From IMG/VR virus record IMGVR_UViG_3300008448_000033, positions 21,592 to 85,591 of that record: a stretch of DNA of 64,000 bases, one strand, 5' to 3'. The stretch comes from a virus. A program made the position numbers and the translations under genes. Position 1 is the stretch's first letter. Each line of letters starts with the position of its first letter. This document shows, in pieces, positions 46,988-56,698 of this stretch. The notes beneath the pieces were generated by a model that was not told the origin of the DNA, did no database searches, and worked only from the letters and a program-made list of their open reading frames with translations.

Positions 46988-49966
46988 TTAGTCTGTAAAT
47001 GAAGCACCGCTTCTTGTAATTATAAAATCAACAGCTATAAATTCAATTGCTCTAGCTGGCTTTAAGTAAATTTTAGCATACAAGATATTTCTATCTATTA
47101 AATCATCTGTTGTTGTAGTGCTATCCAAAACAACTTTATAATCTGTTAGCCCTAGATTTGATTTTATGCCAGATAAAAATGTTTCTGCTGCGCTTCTAAA
47201 TCTTGCCCAAGTTACTTCTACGTTTTGATCAAACAAGATGCCTGATGCAATCAATGAAATTCTCTTTTTAGCAAAGATTAATAATCTGCGAACATTAATT
47301 CTGTCAAGTGCAGAAGGAATTATTTGTAGTGTTTTTTGACCAAACACAACTATGCCTTCATTAACAAAGTTTGCAATTGGATTAATATTTGCTTCATACA
47401 AATCATCGCGTTGTTTTGCAGTTAAGTGAAGGGCGGTATCGGTAACTTTAAAACCAGCAGCAAATTTAGTTCTTGAATCTGGCTCTTTTAGCCCACCACG
47501 ATTAAACCCTGCTGGAGCAAACCATACAGCATTGCTTTTCTTTTCTGAACTTGCTAAAGTTCCGACAGCAACAACTGATGGTGGAACCCAAACGCCCAAT
47601 GTAGGACCAGATGATTGCGGTACGGACATTTTAACCCAAGGGAAATATGTAGCACCGTAGCTTGAATTTAAAACTCTTGATCTTAGATTGCTAACCGCAG
47701 TTCTTACGTTTGTAGGTTTAACGCTTTCATGACCTGATACGTTTTCATGTGCTGGTCTATAATCACCAGTTAAATCAATGATGGCTAATGCATCGCCTCT
47801 TGTTTGGCAATTGTCAACAACTAATTTTGTTAATGATTCATTTGTCAAGCCGGGAACTGCCATTAGGTTCATATTAACTCTTTCTGGGTCTTTTACCGTG
47901 TTAATAGCAACCTTATAGCTATTATAGACATAAGAATTTTTATCAGTTGAACTACCATTCATAGCCGCGTTTTTAAATGCTTCTCTTTCAGTAACATCTA
48001 AGCCGTCAAAACCACCATGTAAAGCTACTGCAAATTGGTTTATAACAACTGGTGTATCGCCAAGGAATGCATTTGACCCTGTTGGAAGAACACCGTTTCC
48101 ATTAACTGCTGTATAAGATGTACCTGCATACCTTGAACCAGTTGCCCAAGTTGCTGTTGACGCTGCTCCCGCTGGAGTGTTTACGCTGGCCGAAACGTCG
48201 TCTAAAGTAAATACAAACGAGTATTCAAACGAGCTACCAGTTGGAACATAAAACTCAGATCTGCCTAAAGGTCTTAGAGCATCAACGTGGAACATATCAT
48301 TAGGCGCGTTAACATAGGCATTTATACCTTTTGCAATACCAAAAAAGTTTGATGTTGAATCATCTTTTGCCCCGGCAACTGAGGCTACAGTTGACATCTT
48401 TGGAAACACCAAAGAGTGTGTTGTCTGCACTGCACTTCCAGTATAGCCAAATATAACAGCACCGTTATCGTTTACTGTGCCAGCGTATCTACCATAATAG
48501 CTTGAGCTTAGAAGATAAGATGTAGAACTAAATGTTGATGCTGGTTTTAATTCTATTTTCTTTGGTCTTGGTGGGCCAAAGAAACCGAATGGCAATAAGC
48601 CTTCACCATAAACTTTATTAGCGATACCTTCTGCTAATTCTACTCTTATGATTGAAGATTGATTATCAAATTCTCCATACTCAATCAATCTTTCTTCTGT
48701 ATAATTCCATTCAACATATTTATCGCCAATTTTACGACCAATGAAATTTTCTGAAGAGGCGTCTAAGCTACAACCTGTAAACTCTTCAACGATCACCAAT
48801 TTAGAATCGGTTGAGTTAATTTTGCAAACAGTTACATCGAAAGAGCCATATTTTTCTAAACTAGAGTTTGGCCCTTTAATATTGCTAATGTTAATTTTAT
48901 AATTTTCTTGTTCAAATTCACCTTTGCTAATTGATACAAATCTAAACAAATTTTTTGTACCAAGATCTACTTTATTAACGGTAGAATCAGAACTTAAATA
49001 TTCTGTTTCGGTTTGTGCGAAAGATCCTGTTGACTCTTGATGCTGTGAAAAGATCCAACCGGATTTAGCGTATTGGCAACCAAATTCAAAACTCTTTGGA
49101 TCTAGATCATCTATAGCCTTCAAAGGAATTATAGCTGCGGCTAAATTATTAACTGTACCGGCATCTGCTGTTAAATTTTCATTTAAAAACTTTTCATAAG
49201 TTTCGCCAAGCCAATAATTTTTAACGTCTGAAACGCATTCAGAATTTGTAGAAGTTGGGTTTACATTAAAATTCTTTCTGATAAACAAAGGACTTTCTGG
49301 GTTCATATTAAATTGAACTCTAGAAGATGCACCAGATTTAGAAAAAACTACTGCTGTAAAGCCTTTATTGACTGTATCGCTTGACTTAACCCAAACGGAG
49401 GAACCAGAGATAATGCCAGATCCAGTTAAAGGAGCGCCTTCTAACAAGATACCACCGCCATCTGCAACGTAAAATATACCAGCTACAAATGAATTTTCTT
49501 TAAACCCGTCAAAATCAGTACCAAGAGACTCTGTTAGCTCTGCAACAACTAAAGCATAAGCACCAGCATTTGAACTAATGGAGGAAGCGGGAGAACCAAC
49601 TTTCCAACCAGCTTTACCATCTACCGTCGCTTCAGAATGTTGAGCACCAAGCATACGTACAACCGTAATCGCGGAAACATCAGCATCTAAATGTGCTTCT
49701 GCTGCGATTGATGCATAAGATGGAGCTAATTTTGAATTTCCTTCTCTCCAAACATCGCCAACTGATTCTTCGCCTGTTATTTTTGCGCCAAATACATCTT
49801 CAAGTTCTTTTTTGCTTTGTATAATGGTAGGTATAAATGCTGGTCCTTTAGAAAATTTACCAACAATGACAGGGCCTATCTCAGTTGTGGTTGGTGCTAA
49901 AACGCTTCTATCAATCTCCTTTACTTGCACGCCGGGAGATACGAATTTATAGTCTTTAATTGGCAT
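46988..49966 (-). CDS. contractile tail sheath protein (gp18-like)
   Basis: FVSPGVQVKEID, WFAPAGFNRG, LYEANINPI, GQKTLQ, SALDRINVRRL, KPARAIEFI. Confidence 0.95.
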   Translation of the reverse strand: MPIKDYKFVSPGVQVKEIDRSVLAPTTTEIGPVIVGKFSKGPAFIPTIIQSKKELEDVFGAKITGEESVGDVWREGNSKLAPSYASIAAEAHLDADVSAITVVRMLGAQHSEATVDGKAGWKVGSPASSISSNAGAYALVVAELTESLGTDFDGFKENSFVAGIFYVADGGGILLEGAPLTGSGIISGSSVWVKSSDTVNKGFTAVVFSKSGASSRVQFNMNPESPLFIRKNFNVNPTSTNSECVSDVKNYWLGETYEKFLNENLTADAGTVNNLAAAIIPLKAIDDLDPKSFEFGCQYAKSGWIFSQHQESTGSFAQTETEYLSSDSTVNKVDLGTKNLFRFVSISKGEFEQENYKINISNIKGPNSSLEKYGSFDVTVCKINSTDSKLVIVEEFTGCSLDASSENFIGRKIGDKYVEWNYTEERLIEYGEFDNQSSIIRVELAEGIANKVYGEGLLPFGFFGPPRPKKIELKPASTFSSTSYLLSSSYYGRYAGTVNDNGAVIFGYTGSAVQTTHSLVFPKMSTVASVAGAKDDSTSNFFGIAKGINAYVNAPNDMFHVDALRPLGRSEFYVPTGSSFEYSFVFTLDDVSASVNTPAGAASTATWATGSRYAGTSYTAVNGNGVLPTGSNAFLGDTPVVINQFAVALHGGFDGLDVTEREAFKNAAMNGSSTDKNSYVYNSYKVAINTVKDPERVNMNLMAVPGLTNESLTKLVVDNCQTRGDALAIIDLTGDYRPAHENVSGHESVKPTNVRTAVSNLRSRVLNSSYGATYFPWVKMSVPQSSGPTLGVWVPPSVVAVGTLASSEKKSNAVWFAPAGFNRGGLKEPDSRTKFAAGFKVTDTALHLTAKQRDDLYEANINPIANFVNEGIVVFGQKTLQIIPSALDRINVRRLLIFAKKRISLIASGILFDQNVEVTWARFRSAAETFLSGIKSNLGLTDYKVVLDSTTTTDDLIDRNILYAKIYLKPARAIEFIAVDFIITRSGASFTD

Positions 49967-50007
49967 ATCTTTTAGTCTCCTTAAAACTTAAAGCAATGAA
50001 TTATAAA

Positions 50008-50015
50008 TAATTAGT
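50008..50015 (-). promoter_or_regulatory. ACTAATTA putative late-promoter motif
   Basis: Upstream of the sheath gene. Confidence 0.6.
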
Positions 50016-50043
50016 ATTATCTCTTTCCAAAGTCAAATTAATA

Positions 50044-51318
50044 TTATGTTATTGAATAGCTGCTAGTATTTTCATTCACCGCTATTAATCTAAAGCCTGT
50101 ATTTGGTGCCGCAGCTGCGCTTATTGTTACCCAAACTGCCGATGAACTTACTTCCATGTCTACAGCGACTAAATCATTTATCCATCTACCATTTTCATCA
50201 ATCATAACGTCAGCCGTAATATAGTTGAAATCTGCTGTTGGAAAAGCTGTTTTACCGCTTTCTTGAGTCAGCGGTAAAGAACCAGACCATTCGCCATTCA
50301 CATCAAGAGTACCACTATATTGAAATCTTAAAGCCTTATACGCACTTTGAACTGAAGCTGCTGATAGTCCTGCGTTTGTTAAGGCGGTATCAATTGCATG
50401 TAGGGCAGTGTCTAAATTAACAACATTATAAGTTACACCCTCTACAGTAACATTACTTGGTGTAAGTGAAATATTTGTAAAACTAGCAGAGGTGTGCAGA
50501 GAAGCAGTAGCAGCAATGGTTAGACTAGAATTAACTGCAACACCAGCTGAACCGCTAATTAATACTGGCTTTAATTTATTAACAACTAGATCTGCCGAAG
50601 ATGGTGTTCCGCCTATTGTTTTTTGAAATTGCCAATCGCTACTTGAACTTACCCACAGCAATGAGGCAGTTTCGTAATTACCTCGATTTACATAAAGACC
50701 ACCAGTAGCCGAATCATAAGCGGCTTCACTTCCGCTTACTTTATTTACAACTATAATATTATCTTTGACTTCTAATACTTCTGTATTTATAATAGTTGGT
50801 GTTCCTCGCACAGTCATGTTACCCTGTACGTCTAAATCACCTATAATTATGGCATCGCCACCTACAGTTAAATCGCCACCAGCCTGCAAAGCAGAAGAAC
50901 CGCTGATACTGCCGCCTGTTACTGATAAAGAACCGTTCCCGCCAACTGTTATAGAACCACTAGTTGTGGTAGAACCGGTGAGTTGAGTGCTAACTCTTGA
51001 TCTAAGAGCGCCGACATTGTTCGCACCAGCGACAAGATCGCCTGTTATGCTTGCTCCACCACTGTTAACAGTAATACCATTAGAATTAACAACTAAACCA
51101 GTGTTATTGTTAATAGTTACGCCACCATTATTAACAATTAAACCAGAAGCACCAGTAACTGCAATTGCGGATGCACTTAAAGGAACGTTTATAGTTACTT
51201 TACCTGTTGCCAATGATCCTGACGCTTCAAAAATTACATCATTACCATCAACTTTTTGTAAATTTTGTTTTGCGTTTAAATCAGTTAAAGACCTAACTTT
51301 TCTTCTAGTAGTAGCCAT
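50044..51318 (-). CDS. fibre-like virion protein (paralog family A)
   Basis: Gly/Ser/Thr beta repeats; C-terminal WINDL..RLIAVNE. Confidence 0.65.
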   Translation of the reverse strand: MATTRRKVRSLTDLNAKQNLQKVDGNDVIFEASGSLATGKVTINVPLSASAIAVTGASGLIVNNGGVTINNNTGLVVNSNGITVNSGGASITGDLVAGANNVGALRSRVSTQLTGSTTTSGSITVGGNGSLSVTGGSISGSSALQAGGDLTVGGDAIIIGDLDVQGNMTVRGTPTIINTEVLEVKDNIIVVNKVSGSEAAYDSATGGLYVNRGNYETASLLWVSSSSDWQFQKTIGGTPSSADLVVNKLKPVLISGSAGVAVNSSLTIAATASLHTSASFTNISLTPSNVTVEGVTYNVVNLDTALHAIDTALTNAGLSAASVQSAYKALRFQYSGTLDVNGEWSGSLPLTQESGKTAFPTADFNYITADVMIDENGRWINDLVAVDMEVSSSAVWVTISAAAAPNTGFRLIAVNENTSSYSIT

Positions 51319-51341
51319 ATTTTATTCCTCTGTTATTTTTA

Positions 51342-51349
51342 TAAATAGT
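51342..51349 (-). promoter_or_regulatory. ACTATTTA putative late-promoter motif
   Basis: In the 32-nt gap upstream of 51318. Confidence 0.6.
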
Positions 51350-51350
51350 A

Positions 51351-51884
51351 TTAAGAAACATCATAAGCAGTTGGATTTTCGTTGATCGCCAATAATTTAT
51401 AAGAACCAGATGTTGCTATATCTGGGGCGTACATACCAACATATACTTGTGATGCGCTAGTAAATAATTCATATGCTATGATATCATTAGCCCAATTTGC
51501 AGAACCACTTTCTTTAACCATCAAATTAATAATAAAATAATCTTGATCTGCAACAGGAAATGATGCACTCCCGTATTGTGTTAATGGTAAGGCTTCTTCA
51601 GCGTATCCTTCTGCGTCGAAAGTTCCAGTAACTTTATATCTTAATTTTTTATAATTTGCATTAACAACAGAAGTGCTTGCGCCGCCACCAGATGAAGCGG
51701 ATATATTAGTTAAATATCTACCGTCACCAACAAAAAAAGAAGCAGTTATTGGAAGAGAAGAACTAACAGTACCATTATTTAAAGTTCCTGATATTCTAAA
51801 AAGAATATTACCATCAAGATCTTGTTTAATGACTTGTTTTCTAGTTAAGAGATCCGTAAGAACTTTTACAGGCTTAACTGCCAT
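51351..51884 (-). CDS. short virion protein (paralog family A)
   Basis: Shares N- and C-domains with 50044-51318. Confidence 0.65.
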   Translation of the reverse strand: MAVKPVKVLTDLLTRKQVIKQDLDGNILFRISGTLNNGTVSSSLPITASFFVGDGRYLTNISASSGGGASTSVVNANYKKLRYKVTGTFDAEGYAEEALPLTQYGSASFPVADQDYFIINLMVKESGSANWANDIIAYELFTSASQVYVGMYAPDIATSGSYKLLAINENPTAYDVS

Positions 51885-51887
51885 TAA

Positions 51888-52166
51888 TTATTCCTCTATA
51901 CCGTATTGCCTCTTTATTTCTTTAAGATTTTTAAGAAATTCTGGCTGTATGCCTTGCAAACGAGCTTTTTTATTTAATATATCTTTAATTAGTTCCAATT
52001 GATGTTTTTGGGAATTTAAAATGTATAAAGCTTCTTCTTTGGAAATTTTTTCTTTATCTATTCTAACTCGAAATTCTTTTAATTTTGTTCTCAACAAGTA
52101 AACCCAATTTGCAACTTGTATGAAATTAAAACTAGACTTCATATTCTTCTTCGCTTTCTGCCTCAA
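51888..52166 (-). CDS. hypothetical protein
   Basis: Basic helical ORF in the late operon. Confidence 0.5.
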   Translation of the reverse strand: MRQKAKKNMKSSFNFIQVANWVYLLRTKLKEFRVRIDKEKISKEEALYILNSQKHQLELIKDILNKKARLQGIQPEFLKNLKEIKRQYGIEE

Positions 52167-52335
52167 TTTCTGCTATAATTTTGTCATATTTTTTATACAT
52201 TTTATCTACTTCATCTAATATTTCCTGTTTATTTTTCATCAGGATTGATTGAGATTTTATGTCTTTAACGTGTGATAAAATTAACTTTGTCATTTCGTCA
52301 AAATCTTTTAATAAATATGTAATTTTACGTTTCAT
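52132..52335 (-). CDS. hypothetical protein
   Basis: SD GAGG and ACTATTTA motif upstream. Confidence 0.55.
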   Translation of the reverse strand: MKRKITYLLKDFDEMTKLILSHVKDIKSQSILMKNKQEILDEVDKMYKKYDKIIAEIEAESEEEYEV

Positions 52336-52350
52336 AAATACCTCAAAATA

Positions 52351-52358
52351 TAAATAGT
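52351..52358 (-). promoter_or_regulatory. ACTATTTA putative late-promoter motif
   Basis: Directly after a terminator. Confidence 0.6.
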
Positions 52359-52360
52359 AT

Positions 52361-52393
52361 AAAAAAAACAGGGTGGCACTTTAAGCCACCCTG
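52361..52393 (-). terminator. intrinsic terminator
   Basis: CAGGGTGGC/GCCACCCTG stem and U8. Confidence 0.85.
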
Positions 52394-52418
52394 CTAAAAT
52401 AAATTTTAAATTATTTTA

Positions 52419-53603
52419 TTATTCAAATGGCTTTTCGTTAACAACAATTAAACGAATTTCTGTGTTTGTTGAGGCTGCTGGAGCGTCAATCACGATATAT
52501 GGATACCATGCAGTATCACCACCTGCGCCTTGTGAAGCAGTTATTTTAACGCTTGTTAGGTCATTAAGCCAACCGTCGTCGCTACGAACGGCAACATCAA
52601 TTGAAAGATATCTTGCTTCGTTAATAACTGTGCTTGCCGTGGCATTGGAAATTTGAACATAACCACCAGTAACGTATGCCGTGCTCATAGAGCCAGCATC
52701 AAGATTACCAGAAAGAATAACTCTAATACCGTCTTGTCCTGATGTCTTTACACCCTGCACGGCAGAACGTCTGTTGTTATATGTTTCTGTTGATACACCG
52801 CTATTTACTTGTCCCTCTAAGCCTTCAATCTCGCCACCAAGAGCAATTAGCGATTGCGTGAGGTCAAATAAAGAACCAGTAGTAAGACCAAACCTTCCAT
52901 ATTGCGTATTTGATTTTATTAATACAGTTCCGCTAAGGCTTGTTGAACCGCTGACTACTAAGCCAGTAAGATGACCAACGCTTGTTAGCGACGATCCTAC
53001 AACATTAGATCCTAGTGCAGTCGCGGATAGAACTTCTGTACCACTAATTTTAAATATCTTACCGCTTGCAAGATCTAAGTTTTCACTCGATTTAAATGCG
53101 GTTGAAGCATGATTATATTGAAATCTTGCTAATCCATCGCTTCCTGAACCGACAGAAAAACCTGCACCGTTAGCATCAGATAGGGTGGTGCTACCACTTG
53201 CTAATGCAAGCGATAAATCTCCAATATTAACTGTTGAAGAATCAACGCTTGTGGTAGTGCCTTTAACTCTAAGATTCCCAACAACAGTTAAATCGCCGCC
53301 GATTGAAGCAGCATTTGTAACGTCTAACGAACTTGCGCTAACTTGAACTGCGCTAGCGTTTAAAGCAGCACCAGTTACCGTTACGCCATTAGCAGCGGTA
53401 ACTAAACCACCGGCTTTTACTTCACCGGAGCTACTAAGTGCGCTACCTGTAATTGCAAAATCAGTACTACCAATTTGCGTAGAGGTAATCGCGGTATTAC
53501 CACCAATACTTAAACTACCATTACCGCCTACAGATAATGAGCCGCTTGTGCCTAACGCGCCAGATACTTGTAGATCAGTTAAAATTTTTAATGGATTTGC
53601 CAT
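52419..53603 (-). CDS. fibre-like virion protein (paralog family A)
   Basis: PLKILTDL N-terminus; GDLTVVGNLRVKG; WLNDL..RLIVVNE. Confidence 0.65.
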   Translation of the reverse strand: MANPLKILTDLQVSGALGTSGSLSVGGNGSLSIGGNTAITSTQIGSTDFAITGSALSSSGEVKAGGLVTAANGVTVTGAALNASAVQVSASSLDVTNAASIGGDLTVVGNLRVKGTTTSVDSSTVNIGDLSLALASGSTTLSDANGAGFSVGSGSDGLARFQYNHASTAFKSSENLDLASGKIFKISGTEVLSATALGSNVVGSSLTSVGHLTGLVVSGSTSLSGTVLIKSNTQYGRFGLTTGSLFDLTQSLIALGGEIEGLEGQVNSGVSTETYNNRRSAVQGVKTSGQDGIRVILSGNLDAGSMSTAYVTGGYVQISNATASTVINEARYLSIDVAVRSDDGWLNDLTSVKITASQGAGGDTAWYPYIVIDAPAASTNTEIRLIVVNEKPFE

Positions 53604-53648
53604 TTCTATTTTCCTCGGTCAAAGACCAACTATGTTTATTTCTTTTAA

Positions 53649-53656
53649 TAAATAGT
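53649..53656 (-). promoter_or_regulatory. ACTATTTA putative late-promoter motif
   Basis: Upstream of 53603. Confidence 0.6.
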
Positions 53657-53670
53657 ATTTTATTTTTACA

Positions 53671-54765
53671 TTAACCAATTATTGTTACAACATATTTAAC
53701 GCCGATATTTAATGGGTCTGGAGGATCACCAGTATCTATAGTAATCGTATTTAAATCAGTAAAACTAATACCAACCTCAAGTTTTTCGTAATCGTCAGCT
53801 GCGCTATTGGATCTAACGGATACGTACATATCTCTTGTATTCAAGTTATGTTGAATTACATATGTATTTTCTGTAGAATTGCCTATAAAAAATGTTTTTT
53901 TAATTGCAGTTACAGATTCGCCAACAATATTAGATTCTGATGGTTGTCTTTTTCTTGGCTCCGCTTTTCTTGTCTCTAAGATTATATTTTCTTTGGGTAA
54001 TTTGACAGAAACAGCATTTTCACTGGTTATAACGTTAGGCTCATTTTGAGATTTTCCATCACCGATCAGATACCCAGTTACTTTAACTGTTAGTTTTGTA
54101 ACATATTGTCTCTCTTCGGATTCTAGCGATACAGCACCCTCTTCTATTTCAAAATTACCACCCATAAATGATTCAAACCGATAGCCATCATGTTCTATTA
54201 AAAAATGCTTTACTGCCCTTGTAGTAGAAATAAAAGGGTGTATAATATCATTCATTTGCTGTAAATAATTTGTTTTTATAGATATTGTATAGTCAACATT
54301 AACATAAACAGGCAATCTAATTGATTTTGTTTGATAGACAATTTGTGGAGTTTTTGTTAAAGCATAATTTAATTTTTTTGTACCCTTATACGCAGCATTA
54401 TTTGCGTATTTTGATGTTTTTTCTTGATTGATTACTTGAGAGAAACCTATTCTATCAAATCCCGGTATATTGGCTTGAAATGCGCCCTTAACGCTTGCAG
54501 GATCTTTTTCTATACCTCCTCTCTCTACAGAAATAAAAGGCGCTATGAGAGTTCCATCCTGATCTCGTAAATCTTTATAATTTTTTATCTGAAATGCTCT
54601 TTCGGCAGAGGCCCATATAACAGGTACTTTTCTAAAACCTTCATTTGTTGTTACTCTTGGATCAATTTTTTTATCCACCCAATTAAACAAAGCAAAATCA
54701 ATTGTTTCTAAAGTACATGGTTTTATGTTATCTATAAATTTTTCTTCTGGTGTGTTACTTTGCAT
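53671..54765 (-). CDS. tail completion/sheath stabiliser (gp15-like) with an extra C-terminal beta domain
   Basis: LETIDFA, VPVIWASAER, PVYVNVDY..QMNDII; C-terminal QHNLNTRD..YVVTIIG. Confidence 0.65.
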   Translation of the reverse strand: MQSNTPEEKFIDNIKPCTLETIDFALFNWVDKKIDPRVTTNEGFRKVPVIWASAERAFQIKNYKDLRDQDGTLIAPFISVERGGIEKDPASVKGAFQANIPGFDRIGFSQVINQEKTSKYANNAAYKGTKKLNYALTKTPQIVYQTKSIRLPVYVNVDYTISIKTNYLQQMNDIIHPFISTTRAVKHFLIEHDGYRFESFMGGNFEIEEGAVSLESEERQYVTKLTVKVTGYLIGDGKSQNEPNVITSENAVSVKLPKENIILETRKAEPRKRQPSESNIVGESVTAIKKTFFIGNSTENTYVIQHNLNTRDMYVSVRSNSAADDYEKLEVGISFTDLNTITIDTGDPPDPLNIGVKYVVTIIG

Positions 54766-55255
54766 TAAATACTCCTTCGCGTGCTTTCACACATTCTGCT
54801 TCTATTTCAAATTTATGGTCTGTTTGACCAAATAATTGCTTTGGTTCATTTAAGGTAACTATTTCATAAAAAGAGTCACCATATCTTATAAAATCGCCTT
54901 CTCTTACAAATAAATTCTGATCTTCTGTGAGCCTTCTTTTGTGAAAGTGAATTTTTATAGATGGTCTTTTATCAATGCCAAATTTAGTTGTAGTTGTTTT
55001 TATACCTTCCCATTCAATTAAAACATTGATTTTTATTGGAGATAGGAACGTTTTACGCAACGATTCTCCATATAAAGGATGATAATTGGTTGTTTCAAGA
55101 TCTATTGGATAGTAAACAATTGTCTGTCCAATAACTCTTTCAATTAATTCATCATTTATTTGTTTAACAAAGTCTCGTTCTTTTTTACCCGTAAATAAAG
55201 GTGGTGGTGGAGCATCAACTTGCTGAATTATATCTTCTTTCTTTTTTCTAGGCAT
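54755..55255 (-). CDS. neck/head-closure protein (gp14-like)
   Basis: ELIERVIGQTIVYYPI..LYGES..VREGDF..FYEI. Confidence 0.7.
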   Translation of the reverse strand: MPRKKKEDIIQQVDAPPPPLFTGKKERDFVKQINDELIERVIGQTIVYYPIDLETTNYHPLYGESLRKTFLSPIKINVLIEWEGIKTTTTKFGIDKRPSIKIHFHKRRLTEDQNLFVREGDFIRYGDSFYEIVTLNEPKQLFGQTDHKFEIEAECVKAREGVFNAK

Positions 55256-55261
55256 ATTTTA

Positions 55262-56548
55262 TTATCCAACAAATATTAATGTGGGTATGAATGTCTGAGC
55301 TTTTGTAGCATCTTCAAGAATCTTTGCATTTTCTTCGCCAAGCTTTGAGTAGACCATTTCTGCTAATGTTGTTTTTAATTCTTCCCTTAAATCCTTTTGC
55401 TCGCCCTGTCCCTGTGTTATTAGATCATTGCCATTCAATTGAACTGTTTCGCCGGGGATTGGAATACTGCCGAATTTGCTTCTAACGTAGCCTAACATTT
55501 CTTTGCTTAATGCAAGAGCATATCTGCGAATCCATTGTTTACCAATAGAATTGATTTTATCGTATGGTATATTTTGAAATGGTATTGTATTCATATTGTT
55601 AATACCATCAACTCCCGTTTTTCCTCTGGTTCCTTCATCCCAAGCATCAGTTGCAATAACAAATTCAACATACATATTATCAGGACTCATTATGTTAGGA
55701 GTTGGAAATATTCTTAAATAATTATCTTTAATTTGGTATGAATAATCAGATACTCTTGTTTTAATCGCATCTTCATAAGCCATAGCTTGTAATTTATTTT
55801 GCCAAGCTGGAATTATCTCAAACGTGCTATCATCAGCATATTGACCATAAGTACTTAAATTACCTACAACGTTAAGGCCACCGAAATAACCATAGAAATT
55901 CCATGATGCACCGGGGGTTTTATAATAAACTTTTTTAATCAATATTCTTTTATTTTGTATTTTATTATAAAAATCTTTATCGGCATTTAATGAAGAGCTA
56001 TAAATTATTGTTTGCAAATCATAGTCTTGAACATCTATTTGAGGAGTAAAAGAAGCTGAATAAATAGGAGTCGTGCCACCAAGACCTATTTCGGTTGCTA
56101 CAGAATTTGCTATTTTCTTTAAGTAAGAGAATGTAAAATTTGGAAATTTCAAACTAAGATGAGTGCTGCCCGTGATATCAGATCCAGTTAATTGACCTTT
56201 AGAATCAAAAGTTCCTGTTGATTGTCCTAATATAAATGGTAATACGTTTTTACTCTGATGAGTGTTGACAATATAGGAATACTCTAATACTGATTCTTCA
56301 TACGCTGCGTATACTTGTTGCTCTGTAATTTCTAGGTCAAGGACATCACCGCCTAGCTTTTTATATACATAACTAACCTGCTCGACTGCACCTTGTTTAA
56401 ACGCATTTATTTGCTCGCTTGACCAATATGTTGGTGAGACATACACACCAAATGGTAATGATGAAGAAACAACATTACCAGTTGAGCCTGTTACTGGTAG
56501 AATAACTTTGCTCATTTGCGATGTTGGAGTTAAAATTGGTAGCGACAT
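55262..56548 (-). CDS. neck/head-tail adaptor (gp13-like)
   Basis: KLGGDVLDLEIT; WIRRYALALSKEMLGYVRSKF..IPGETVQLNG. Confidence 0.75.
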   Translation of the reverse strand: MSLPILTPTSQMSKVILPVTGSTGNVVSSSLPFGVYVSPTYWSSEQINAFKQGAVEQVSYVYKKLGGDVLDLEITEQQVYAAYEESVLEYSYIVNTHQSKNVLPFILGQSTGTFDSKGQLTGSDITGSTHLSLKFPNFTFSYLKKIANSVATEIGLGGTTPIYSASFTPQIDVQDYDLQTIIYSSSLNADKDFYNKIQNKRILIKKVYYKTPGASWNFYGYFGGLNVVGNLSTYGQYADDSTFEIIPAWQNKLQAMAYEDAIKTRVSDYSYQIKDNYLRIFPTPNIMSPDNMYVEFVIATDAWDEGTRGKTGVDGINNMNTIPFQNIPYDKINSIGKQWIRRYALALSKEMLGYVRSKFGSIPIPGETVQLNGNDLITQGQGEQKDLREELKTTLAEMVYSKLGEENAKILEDATKAQTFIPTLIFVG

Positions 56549-56614
56549 TTATTATCCTCTTATAAAATATCTAAAATTTTGCTTTTCTTCTTATCTATGC
56601 TCAATAATATAGAT

Positions 56615-56622
56615 TAATTAGT
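56615..56622 (-). promoter_or_regulatory. ACTAATTA putative late-promoter motif
   Basis: After the capsid terminator, upstream of the neck gene. Confidence 0.6.
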
Positions 56623-56644
56623 TTTCTTTTAAGTTTAAAGCAAT

Positions 56645-56673
56645 AAAAAACCCCGCTTCTTTTGGAAGCGGGG
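56645..56673 (-). terminator. intrinsic terminator after the capsid gene
   Basis: CCCCGCTTC/GAAGCGGGG stem and U6. Confidence 0.88.
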
Positions 56674-56698
56674 AGCTTTTCAGCTTTTAATTTTTACT

